DNA of 64,000 nt from Octopus bimaculoides (lineage: Eukaryota): the NCBI RefSeq assembly GCF_001194135.2, contig NC_068993.1:56275906-56339905 (forward strand), read 5' to 3'. Below are positions 13,485 through 26,173 of this stretch, piece by piece. Made by a program: the position numbers and the translations under genes. The notes under the pieces are model-generated. The model was not told the origin of the DNA and did not search any database. It was given only the letters and a program-made list of their open reading frames with translations. How positions within the stretch are numbered: the stretch's first letter is position 1; the number at the start of each line of letters is the position of its first letter.

Positions 13485-14035
13485 GAGTCGTGAGAGTGCG
13501 TGTGATTTCACACAGACTCTTGGGAGACCAACAAAAATCTCAAGAAAGCCCAAATTTGAGTGAAGGGTAAATATAAGTGTGAGCACATTTTTGTGTGTAG
13601 TTGTGTGTGTGTTTGAGCTGCCTTAAGGTTACGCATTCAAGATATCAGTAAAGATATGTGATGAAAGCTTGTTACTCGAGTGAGAGTGAAGTTTAACTGT
13701 CTCTCTAAGCTGTGCGATGCTCACACTTCTTGGGATAACAATGAGCAAAGAGACACGAGGAAACCTTGACACTTGAGTGAGAGTGAAACCTATCTGTGTT
13801 GTTAGCTGTATGATACACACTCTCACTAGGAATGAAAGACCTGAGAAAAGTCACATGCTTAAATAAGAGTGAAGCTTAACTATCTGCTTGCACTTACACT
13901 CAAAAAGATAACAGAGATAACATTTAACATGAGGTAAGCATGACATTTGAGTGGGAGTAAACGTCTGTATATATATGTTTAATAGTCACACTCTTGGGAA
14001 GTTAGTGAGTAAAAGGAAACACTTGAGTGTGAGGA
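13485..14035. repeat. Degenerate ~90-bp tandem repeat with an internal inverted repeat
   Basis: Recurring (tt)gagtgagagtgaa at 13678, 13775, ~13865, 13949, 14025; matching cacactc motifs at 13722, 13816, ~13895, 13987. Confidence 0.65.
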
Positions 14036-14075
14036 GTCATTTGTGTCCAGAGGTTTAACAATGATGGTGACATTC

Positions 14076-16593
14076 TCATGATATATGTGAAGCAGGAGTT
14101 GTGGGTGATGGGGACATCTGAGGAAAGGACGAGGTTACACTGGGGTTCTGCTGGATAAGTTCTCTGTGGCAGGAATAGCTGTGGGGGCTGATTTGAATTG
14201 GAATATGGTGTATCAGTGTTGGGTCCATCACTTGGAACACAAGCTGTAAAGTAAAGAAAAATAATTGATTTATTAATTAATAAACAATAATTAATTGTGG
14301 CAAAACATTTTCTTTAGCCTGATATAAAATCAACCCTAACCATAACGAGAACTACAGTTAAAGAAGGGTCTCAAGACAAATATAAATGTTGAGGGCTTAT
14401 TATCAAACCCTAGGTCTACATTACTCCTTAGGGGTCATAAGGCCAGTTTTCTGGTTTCTCTGGTGTATATATTCCTTCCTGGAAAGGGATGCCAGTCTGT
14501 CATAGGATTACTCGTTTTTACCAGCTGAGTGGACTGGTGCGATGTGAAATGAAGTGTTTTGCTCAAGAACACAATGAATCACCCAGTCTAGGAATTGAAA
14601 CAACAATCTTATGCTCATGAGTCCCAAACCCTAACCACTGGGCCATGTGTCTCCATGAGCTGAACTATGATAAACAGCAATCTATCCATAAGGTAGCACA
14701 TCTGGCACTTTACTAATTCTGCTGCTCATTACTCTAATGTTAATATTAATCATTGTTCCCCAAAGTTTGGAATGATGTTACCATGGTTATAGAAATCTCT
14801 GTTACTGGACACAACAATGATTACCTTTTAATGATGATAATAGAAAGGTTTCAAATTTTTGCACAAGGCAGTAATTTTAAGGGGAGGGGTTAGTTAATTA
14901 CATCAACTCTAGTACTCAACAGATACTTATTTTATCAACCCCAAGAGGATGCAAAGTAAAGTTGGCCTTGGTAAGATTTGAACTCAGAATGTAAAGAGTC
15001 GGAAGAAATGCCTGTTTTGGCCAACACATTTAACAATTCAGCCACATTCGTGTCTTGTTTCTTTTAATAATAATGGTTTCACATTTTGGCACAAAGCCAG
15101 CAATTTTGGCGGGGAAGGGGGCAAGTCAATTACATCGACCCAGTGTTCAACCGGTACTTATTTAATCAACCCAGAAAGGATGAAAGGCAAGATCGACCCC
15201 AGCAGACACCTTTTAATAATAATGAAAGCAAATAATTTGTTAAACAGGTGTGAAGTCATTGGTTAATAAAATAAGATTTTTTCCAAATAATACATTATTT
15301 ACACAATTCTTGATTTTTTTATTGCCCACAAGGGGCTAAACGAAGAAGAAACAACAAAGAACATTACACATGGGGCCAAAATCGAGTGAAAATGAATAAG
15401 TAAAATGAACAAATAAAAGGATGGAACTGTTCCAACATCTAGGATGGTACTTGGTGACAGGAAGAACATTCGATTGCAGAAAATCTGCATCAATAAATTT
15501 TGTCTGCCAGTACCGTGTGACTGGCACTCGTGCCGGTGGCATGTAAAAGCTCCCACTACACTCGGAGTGGTTGGCGTTAGGAAGGGCATCCAGCTGTAGA
15601 AACCATGCCAAATCAGCTTGGAGCCTGGTGCAGCCTTCTGGTTTGCTAGTCCTCAGTCAAATCGTCCAACCCATGCTAGCATGGAAAGCGGACGTTAAAT
15701 GATGATGATGAACAATAAAAGAGTGATTATGAAGATGATGATTTCTGACACTACACCATTGTATTATAATGTTCAATATACTCTGTTTTACTACTTCTGG
15801 TACATCACATGCATGCACACGTGTACATCCATGCCCAAAGAATGGAGACCCTTACCTCAATGTAGGGATAAAAAGCTGACTGGTCTGTGATTTTGAAATA
15901 AGATTCTGTATCAAACAGCAACTTATACACTGTTGTCTTAACGATTTTTTGTCCAGCAAGGAATGCAACATGGCCATCAATGCTACTGGCACTGGAATTA
16001 AAGAAATACAAACATGTCAAAAAAACAATGAGAACAACCCAATCACTAACACACTGATCCTTTCTTCTAAAACATGATAAGCCATGTGGTTTCTCAACAA
16101 GAAATCTGTTTTGCTTTGGCCCTCTTCTTTCATACTTCAATCCAGCACTGGATTAATCATTAAGCAAAATGATCATGTGCTTAATGAATCAAGGAAAGGA
16201 GGGTACCACAGAAATGATAAATGGTTTATGGCACAAAAGAAATCACTTCAAACTTGCTAAAACAAGTATTCCAAGTGGTTTATATGATTGGAAATATAAT
16301 TTCGAAGTGTTCATGGTGTCATAGAGAGGAGTAGATCAAACCAGTATGAACCAATCAAGACTCAAACTGTACAAAATGATGAGTATTTTTCTTACTTAGA
16401 ATGTTCAACTCCTTTTGTTTTTTTGTTTTTTTTTTCAGAAACTGCACTTTAGTGTTAAACAAGTTTCTTACCTTTTCTGAAGCAGTTTCCAAGATCGCTT
16501 CTCAATCTGAATAAATAATAAGACAGGTACCCCAGTTGCAGGCAGACCTTTGGAAATATCAAATACATGGCTAGAAATTGGAGAAGTTACTTC
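14076..16593 (-). CDS. Divergent 5-hydroxyisourate hydrolase / transthyretin-like protein; exons 16593..16472, 15991..15856, 14243..14076 (141 aa); first exon uncertain (16972..16934, or splicing from the upstream gene)
   Basis: Spliced translation EVTSPISSHVFDISKGLPATGVPV...KSASSIDGHVAF...VYKLLFDTESYF...SAFYPYIE|LVFQVMDPTLIHHIPIQISPHSYSCHRE... matches HIUase/TTR family motifs (SxHVLD, GxPA, YKLxFDT, FYPYVEV, HVPLLLSP). All introns are GT/AG and phase-consistent. Confidence 0.85.
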
Positions 16594-18086
16594 CTGCAAA
16601 ATAATGTCGTTATGGAAAGGAATTAATGAGAATTGTAATGGGAGAAAAAAACAGAAAGGGAAATACATGAAGAACTGAGAGGGAAATTAACAAAAAGAGA
16701 GAGAGAGCAGAAAAACAAAGGGAGGGAGTGAAAACTGAAGTCTAAAGGATATATTTCTTTTACATCATTTTCCCCAATCTTTTTATCCAATCTAAATTGG
16801 TTACAACAGGTATTTTTATAACCATTCTTCGCTGGGATAATTGGATACTACAACCTAAAACACATTCAACCATGAAATAGCAGTTGAGCCTGTTTTGGTT
16901 TTGTTTGCCAAACCAGGGGAAACAGTTATCTACCTTGCTCAATGATATAACACAAGCTGTCATAAATTTCATATATCATCGTCGCCTGTTGCTATAGTAG
17001 GTGTTCAAGGTGTCACGTAGTGGGGGGGTCAATCTGAAATTGTGTGGGTGGGAAGTGAACTTCTTAACCACACAGATATGCCAAAGTGGTTAGTGTTAGG
17101 AAAGGCATCCAACCATAGAAACCACGCCAAAGCAAATAGCAGAGCTTGGCGTCGTCTTCTGACTTCCCAGTTCCTGTCAAACCATCTGAGCCATGCAGGC
17201 ATGCTAAATAGATGTTAAATGATGATAATATATACATACATACATAAATATATATATATATTATGTATATAATATAGTAATAACCCTAGCTGGAATTTAT
17301 AAATATTTTAGATATTTCAAAATATTTATAAATTCCAGCCAAGGATTATTATTATTATTATTGTTATTATTACTATATTCATCCTACATTATATCACCAC
17401 AGATTGGTGCGACCCAAAAAAACTGGTATTTCCAGTTGGCATCATTAGGTTTTGGCTGGCATAATGGAATAGCGTATTCAAAATGTTTCCCCGTAAATGA
17501 ACTTAAAGGATATGTATGTATGAATGTATATATGTATGTGTGTGTGTACTCTATGTGTGTATGTATGTGTTATAAAACAAAGAACTGTGTGCGATCGGCA
17601 GTCCAGTGTTGGTAGCAGTTCACTGTGAGCCTCTGATATTGAGTGTTGAGTCTTGTGTAATAGTAATAGTAGTGTGTCGTGTAAACACTTTCTTCCCCCT
17701 GCTTCATAAAAAGCACCATTTGATGGCGTGGTCATTGCCACTGCCATCAGAGTGGTCCTGTGCTGGTGGCACGTAAACGGCACCATTTCAGTGTGGTCAA
17801 TGCCAGTGGCCTCATGCTGGTCGCACCTAAAAAGTATTTACTACACTCTTGGAGTGGTTGGTGTTAGGAAGGGCATCTAACCGTAGAAACCTTACCAGAT
17901 CACACTGGAACCTGATGCAGCCTCCTGGCTTGCCAGTCCTCAGCCAAACTGACCAACCCATGCCAGCATGGAATGCGGACATTAAACAATGATGATGATG
18001 ATGATAGTGATGACAACCAGGTCTATCACAGATCTGCTGATGAGCAAAGAAAAGCAAAGCGGAAGAGAACTAGAAGCACAAAAATG

Positions 18087-21000
18087 TTAATATACCATAT
18101 CTCGTGTCCCTCGTTTCTTTTTCTTTGTGTGGCCATCGTTACAGTTGATGATGTTGTTGTTATTATTATTGATATTGTAATTATTATCATTATTATTATG
18201 AATGTTGTTGTTGTTGTGGTTAACCATGTTGCTGGTGTTGTGATGAAGCGGAGGGTTGAGTTCCTTTTTGCGTTTGGCTTTCAGGTTGTTAATGTCCCTC
18301 GTCGTCAGCTGTTTGCCAGTCACATTACAGATATACTCTCGGATGTTCTTAGTCTTCATTCCAATGTCTATTAGCCGATATGTCTCCGCGAGGACATGGG
18401 GTGACAGAGACTGCCTGCGGTTCTCAGGGTACATGTGACCCAGCATCTGATGTGAATGGTTTAAATTGATGGATCGTATCACCATCCTCTGTTTCTCTCG
18501 GTCAACTGATGCAGCAATTAGAGCAGGACATCCAGTTTTATATGTTCTGAAATTCAAAAGGGAAAACAGGTTGTTATTATTATTATTATCAAGGCAGTGA
18601 GCTGGCAGAATTGTTATAATGCTGGGTGAAATGGTTAGTGGTATTTCACCCATAGACACATTCTGGGTTCAAATTCTGCTGCGGCTGACTTTGCCTTTCA
18701 TCTTACATAATAAATTAAGTACCAGTGAAACACTGGGGTCAATGTAATCAACTCGTCCCCTCCCCCAAAATTTCAGGCATTGTGCTTTTAGCAGAAAGGA
18801 TTATTATGGCAGCTGACTGGACTGGAGCAACATGAAATGAAGTGTTTTGCTCAAGAACACGAGTCGCCGGGTCCAGGAATCGAAACCACAATCTTACGAT
18901 CATAATGCTGAAATCCTAACCACTAAGCCACACACCTCTTGTTCGACCCATATAAGCAGAGAAAAGGTGTTAAAACGATAACGATTTATATTACATTCGC
19001 ATGTGGAGTGCGATGCAGTGGTTGACAGAGGAAATCTCTTTTACGGTTTATTGTCTGAACTACTTTTGTAACTCGAGAAGTTTTCACTACGATTGTAGCG
19101 GTTGAGAGGGAGTCGAATATGGTTCATATGCTGAGGTGGCGTTTTCTTAACAGAATAACACAAACTCCAGATTGGAGACATGCAGTAACAATTAAGGTCA
19201 GATGGAAACTCTATATATGATAATTGGTTACAAGTTTTGGTTCAAGTCCAGCAGTTTCGGGGAGGGGGGGGGGCTAAGTTGGTTACATCGACCCCAGTAC
19301 GCAACTGGTATTTATTTTATCGACCTCGAAAGGATAAAAGGCAAACTCGACTTCGACGGAATTTTAACTCAGAACGTCCAGACGGACGAAATGCTGCTAA
19401 GCATTTTGTCCGGCGTGCTGACGATTCTGCCAGCTCGCCACCTTGTTTGTATATGATAATTAAGATCCTTTTTTTTTTTTTAACATTAAGCACAAACTGA
19501 AGGCAAGTATGGTAACAGATGAGGTTTAGTGAAACGAGAGTTCATATAATTCGTGGCCTTTCCTAACACAAAACCCAGGCTAAACATTAATCATGACGAA
19601 ATTTAATGAAAGTTTATCAAATATGCCGATCTTTCCAAACACTAACACTAGAATGAAGAGAATGGTGGTACCGCAATGTGAAGCAAATCAAGCCAGATTC
19701 AACATCCCTAGAATCAAACACATCTAGAACCATTCCGTCGCTCAAATTATTTAGATATAGTTTGTACAGAACTACGTTATCATACGTGTCCTTTTTTTTT
19801 TTTTTAATAATTCCATTTTACCAACGTTTGTACTTACTATTTGATAACACAGGTAATAATTAGTTTCTTTCAATCTACTGTTTCACTTCTATATGAATGG
19901 TAGCTATCTGTCTAAATACCTGTGTATCTATGTACTAATCATTAATAATATCCGCCAGTCTTTCCATACATATAGCAACATGTCTAAATGATAATAAATT
20001 TATCTGCCTATCTACATAACTATAGATTACACATACACACACAACAACACATAACTATCTACAACATTTGAAACGTATTCGTAGAAAATTTCAGCAAAGA
20101 AATATCCATTTTTCAGAAAATTATTAGAAAACAGTGTTGGGTGTGAAGAACACACGTCTGTAATCACACACACACAGAGTATTAAGAATAAAATCTTATA
20201 TCGACACCCATGCTTCGTTTTAAGGATATAAAAAGTTAACAACGAGTGATTAACAACAGGTGGGAAAGAGAAAGAGAAAGAGAGACAACAACAGACAGGT
20301 ATAGATTGATCGAGAAGAAGAAAACACCACATGAGATATCTCGCACTAAAAAGAAAAAAAAATCGTGTGTTGCAACCACATGGTTCCAGGTTCGATCCCA
20401 CTGCATGGTATTTTAGGCAAGTGTATTCTGATACAGCCTTGGGTTCACCAACACCATCGAATGAAATTTGCTGAACGGAAACTGCGTCGGAACCCATCGG
20501 AGGAACCGTTCTTGTTTTGTGTGGAAGTGTGTGTGCGTGTGTGTTTATGTTTACGCTAGTCTAAAACCGGTGTTGCTTATGTTGTGTCCTTTTATGTTCC
20601 GTAACTTAGCAATTCAACAATAGAGATTGATAGATGAAGTACAGTGGTCAATATGATAATGAAACCAGTAAAAGAAAAAGAATATAAAGAAATGGACGAA
20701 ATACTTTTGGTTGGGTCGTATACCAGGTAAGGTCCGCCGTCTTGAATAACCAAATTGTTTACAAACATATTTGACATATTTGTATTTGAACTTCTCGTCT
20801 AAAGGTTCAACTTTGACACATCGGGATCGGTTAGCTTTGGCAATTGTTTGACAGTCATGGATGGTGAACACAGCATTTGTTAGCTTACAGACAGCTGCTA
20901 TGGCAGAAGACAGGGCAGAAAAGTCTTCGAACTCATCACCAGCATTGAGTAAATCCCGACAAGCTTCGTTTGCCCCAATCTCAATCAGAGCTTTGCTCAC

Positions 21001-21270
21001 AAGTAAATCCTCGCTAAATTTGTCCGAGCTCTGCTCGTGCTGATGTTGTGGTTGATGGTGGTATTGTTGTTGTTGATGATGATGTTGGTATTGTTGCTGT
21101 TGTTGTTGTTGTTCGAGTGTGGTTGTAGTGAGGACAGTGCCCGCCAGAACGTCAGCGGCCGAGGTGGATGACAGTTGCTGTTGAGGTATGACCACCAGTT
21201 CGGTGACCGATGTTGGAGTTGCAGTTGATTGTTCGGTGGTGAGAAGGCTTACACTCTCTGTCGTTGCCAT
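18087..21270 (-). CDS. FAR1/ZSWIM3-N (WRKY-GCM1-like, MULE-transposase-derived) domain protein with polyQ/H and polyN tracts; exons 21270..20705 and 18546..18087 (341 aa if unfused)
   Basis: ATG at 21270 follows an in-frame stop. A phase-2 intron joins GIRPNQK to TYKTGCP. Pattern GDEF...YVC...RPNQ...GCP...NHSH...RR...TGKQLTTRDINN is the ZSWIM3-like N-terminal domain. No MULE DDE or SWIM domain follows. Confidence 0.8.
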
Positions 21271-24200
21271 CTTTGCATGGACAGGGTCCAAGAAGAGCCC
21301 TGGTCAAGGTAATGCTTCCACTGAAGGTGTAAATAAGTGGCCTGGCCGTGAAACTGCTCCAATGATCAACCGGTGTGGAACAGGAATGAAGAGGTCCTCT
21401 TAAAGACATTAGAGAGAGAAAACAAGAGTTATCCCACATTTACTTCCGGTCAGTTCACAGCACAACGTAACCGGGTCATTTCATCTTAGTTGTTTGTTTT
21501 CTCCTTTTCTTCGTTAATTATTTAATTATTTTATTCTTTGCTTGCAAGTTTTTGTAAATTACTTTTCTTTTTGCTTCTAAATTGATTTGTTTAAGAATTT
21601 TGTTTGTAAATTTTATTTAATCATTGTGTGTGTATTATGTTTAAGTGGAGGCGCAATGGTCCAGTGGTTAGGGCAGCGGACTCGCGGTTTCGGTTCCCAG
21701 ACCGGGTGTTGTGAGTGTCTATTGAGTGAAAACACCTAATGATCCACGAGGCTCCTGCTGTACTCTTTCACCACAACTTTCTTTCACTCTTACTTCCTGT
21801 TTCTGTTGTGCCTGTATTTCAAAGGGTCTTCATTTGGTCACGTTCCATGAGAGTGTCTTGCTCAGACCATGAACATTTCAGCCGACCCTCATAATAATAA
21901 GAATTATTATCATACCTGCATTTGTTTTAATGTTAACATTGAAAAGAATCCACATTTTTCATTAAAAAAAAATTTGGACCTGGGTTTGCACCCCCTCCTA
22001 AGCGAATTTTGTTGCTGGGCTATCGCACACACGTGCAACCTTTTTCAAGAAGCAGGCTGCATGAGACATGCCTCATCAAGCGAGCCGCACTACTGTAGAA
22101 GATTAAAGGCAATTTTTTGTTAGGCGTGCCATTCTGAAAGTACAGCAGGTTGCAGTCAGCCTATAGATGTTTGTACATTACACAGGTAACGTCTGACACA
22201 GACAACTAAGTAAACAGTGACGTCATAACCACGTGCTCTGCACTATATGGTGGGAAAACAACATTGACCTACACGTTTATCTTTGAAGAAAAGAAAACCG
22301 TAAACATTTTATGCAGCATAACAAGTTAAAGGAAAATTACGTACGATATAATCGGAATCTACATCATTTGAAAAGTATTTACAGAAAATTTTATTCAAAA
22401 ATATCCCTTTTACTGGCTTTTAGGGGAGCACCTTGTGTAGGTATACCTGAATATACACATACATACAATTGTCTATCCGTGAGCGTGTGTAGAGCGAAAA
22501 AATAATTTAGCGGCGTAGAATCTACAATATTTTTGTTTTCCTTTTCGTTGTACTTAGATAACTTCCGAAACTCTTCTAGCTTCAGCATGTTTTATCCTTC
22601 CAACTTCAGCATGTTTATTCCGAAACTCTATCCAACTTCATCATGTTTGTTTCCCCACCTCATTTCCTTTTAATACTGCTTCCTTTGTCGTATAAGAAAA
22701 TACGATGCCGAGACGAAGCTGAAAATGTTTATATACTACTCTTATATACAATACTTAAACACACACACACATTGCGAAACCGTGTCGCTCAACGCATGTA
22801 AAAGATTACCCCTTGTTTCTCCGAATCCGAAATATCACTCATCTTACATTTGTGTGTTCGTTCAAACAACACACTTGTCATATAATATGCACTTTCTCAT
22901 TTGTTGTTTTGTCTCAGATTAACCATTATGGACCGTTAAATGTTTTTAACGAGTCCTTTTCTAGTCTGTAGTGCTCTTTCAGAGAAATTTGGCTGCGGTT
23001 TTTGGCAGGTCAAGAAACCGCGTACAACAGGCATAAAACAGCACCAGGCTGGTCGCACTACTGAATAAATTGAAAGCAATTTGCCGTTAGGTGTAGCATT
23101 CCGAAAATGCCGTGGACTTCCTGAATGGCACATCTAACGATGTTGAAACTTCTTACAAAATACAGGCATCGATATGGGGTTAAGAAGCTCGCTTTGCAAT
23201 CACTTGGTTTCAGGTTCAGTCCTATCGCGCGACACTTTAGGCAAGGGTCTTCTGCTAAAGTTCTGGGCCCCATCACCGCTTGACATCCGTGTTGGTTTGT
23301 TTATCGACAAAAGTGACCGATAGAATCAGTATCAGACTTAAAAGTAAGGGGCTACTTTTTCGAATCCCCGCTCCTATAACTTTTGAACCAGTAATAAAAA
23401 TAAAAATAAAAATTCAGATTCATGTTTTCGATATCGGAGAGTTCGCTGCCTTTCAGTTTCCGTCTACCAAATCCATTCAAAATGCTTTGGTCGGCCCGAG
23501 GCTTTAGTAGAAGACACTTGCCCAAAGTGCCACGCAGTGGGACTGAATCCGGAACCATGTGGTCAGTAAGCAAGCTACTTTATTTCATAAATATTTGCCA
23601 TAAAGGCATTACAAAGAGTGGACGAACAAGGACAGACAAACATAAAAAGGGTGAAGTAGCTGTATCGATTAAATATTTACAATTTTAAATATACAATAAT
23701 AATTTGATTATATTTACAATGTTCGATTAAAGCATTGTTCATTACAGATGCAAGCTACTTATAGCACAGCCACTTCTACGCTTATATAAACACAATTTAA
23801 GTTCATTATTCAATTATGAACTTTATTGATGTCAATTGCTTGACTCAACAGCAACAGTTGATGTTTGTTGCACGTGTAAACCGAAATATGAAATTGACAA
23901 AGGAAAGTTTGAGATGGAGATGTAGAAGGCCGTGTAGAAAGTAGACAAGTTTGAGAGGCGACACATTCTTTGTCAATAGTAACCTGGATGTAAGGGAAAT
24001 TTAGCATATACTCTTTTACTTGTTTCAGTCATTTGACTGCGGCCATGCTGGAGCACCGCCTTTTAGTCAAGCAAATCGACCCCAGGACTTATTCTTTGTA
24101 AGCCTAGTACTTATTCTATCGGTCTCTTTTGCCGAACCGCTAAGTTACGGGGACGTAAACACACCAGCATCGGTTGTCAAGCAATGGTGGGGGGACAAAC

Positions 24201-25055
24201 ACAGACACACAAACACACACACATATATATATATACACATATACGACGGGCTTCTTTCAGTTTCCGTCTACCAAATCCACTCACAAGGCTTTGGTCGGCC
24301 TGAGGCTATAGTAGAAGACACTTGCCAAAGGTACCACGCACTGGGACTGAACCCGGAACGATGTGGTTGGTAAGCAAACTACTTACCACACAGCCACTCC
24401 CTCCGTGACATGTGCGCAGTTGTTCCACTTTTTTCCAGAAAAAATGTTTTTAAAAGTTTTTAGAGGTTTAAAGTTTGATAGTTTTCACGCAACCAGGAAA
24501 CAGGATTTGGNNNNNNNNNNNNNNNNNNNNNNNNNNNNNNNNNNNNNNNNNNNNNNNNNNNNNNNNNNNNNNNNNNNNNNNNNNNNNNNNNNNNNNNNNN
24601 NNNNNNNNNNNNNNNNNNNNNNNNNNNNNNNNNNNNNNNNNNNNNNNNNNNNNNNNNNNNNNNNNNNNNNNNNNNNNNNNNNNNNNNNNNNNNNNNNNNN
24701 NNNNNNNNNNNNNNNNNNNNNNNNNNNNNNNNNNNNNNNNNNNNNNNNNNNNNNNNNNNNNNNNNNNNNNNNNNNNNNNNNNNNNNNNNNNNNNNNNNNN
24801 NNNNNNNNNNNNNNNNNNNNNNNNNNNNNNNNNNNNNNNNNNNNNNNNNNNNNNNNNNNNNNNNNNNNNNNNNNNNNNNNNNNNNNNNNNNNNNNNNNNN
24901 NNNNNNNNNNNNNNNNNNNNNNNNNNNNNNNNNNNNNNNNNNNNNNNNNNNNNNNNNNNNNNNNNNNNNNNNNNNNNNNNNNNNNNNNNNNNNNNNNNNN
25001 NNNNNNNNNNNNNNNNNNNNNNNNNNNNNNNNNNNNCTCTCTCTCTCTCTTTCTA

Positions 25056-25109
<54 letters not shown>

Positions 25110-26173
25110 GTACGGCAAGCAGCATATTTGATTCCCAAAACTCAGTAAAGATACTATTAAAACCAGAAAATTGTAAGTAAATTTGTATTAATAACAACAC
25201 TTAAATATATTGAATGAATGTGTTTAAAGCTAAGTGAAATTCTTCGTCCCATTTCACTGTTAATATTCATTAATTTGTCACCTGGCGATCGTAAAAAACG
25301 AGAAGGAAACGAAGAAATGTTGTCACTGAAAAATGCAAATTCTTTTAATGTAATTCTTCCTCGATATGCTTGCAAGGTTGTAGATTACAACTGTTTGATA
25401 ACTTCGAGGGAAGAAATTGTGGAGGGAACTTAGATTATTCTTTCTTCAGCCGCTCCGACTTTGTTACCTCTCAAGTTCCGTAACTTAAATCTTTTCCACT
25501 TCCCTTTTTTTCTTTCCCTCTCCTGAATTCAAAAGCTTGAAACGGCAACATTGCGTAATCTACGTTCTCGAAAATGTATCTCTGCAGAATATCATTTAAA
25601 AATATAGATTTTAAGGATATCTATGAAGAAACAAAGTCGTGAGATAGCAGTATGATCGCCCCCCTCCCCCATTAAAAAAATTGTGATGTTATTTTATTAA
25701 CGAGCGTATCTCTGCAAAATTCCAGGGGAAAAAAATGCATTTTTTAGAAAGTTTTGAAGAAACATACAACCAATCAGAGCTCAACTATCAAACTAATTTG
25801 GGAGCTCATAAGAAGTGATGGGCGATAAGATAAGGTCACTTGAGTAAGGAGTGACCATGCTTCTTTTCTCTTTTAAGAATGGTTTTCTTCCTTTTATATC
25901 TCTGAAGAATGGTTATACAGCTTCAATATGATTACCATTTTAATTTCATTCATATAAGTTACATAATCATGACAGCTATAAGACTTTGTCCTTTCTTTGG
26001 TCTCTAGATATCATTTAAAATTTTTAATTGTTGATATGACATAGTGTGTCACATGTGTTTGTATATTGTCTTTATTCTCCTTTTGGTTGAAAAATAAACA
26101 GGTTAATTAACAGAGTACAGTGTCTACAAGTTGATGAGTACCACATATTCCCCTCCATTTTCTTATTGCTATA

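Noticed and set aside
18037-18095. Possible 59-nt mini-intron after the GTATAT donor
   Set aside because: The downstream reading runs into a SINE tail with no protein-like character; retention or splicing to 16593 is more plausible.
24020-24373. Recurring short ORFs such as MLEHRL..., [19 protein letters not shown]..
   Set aside because: Translations of SINE family A copies.
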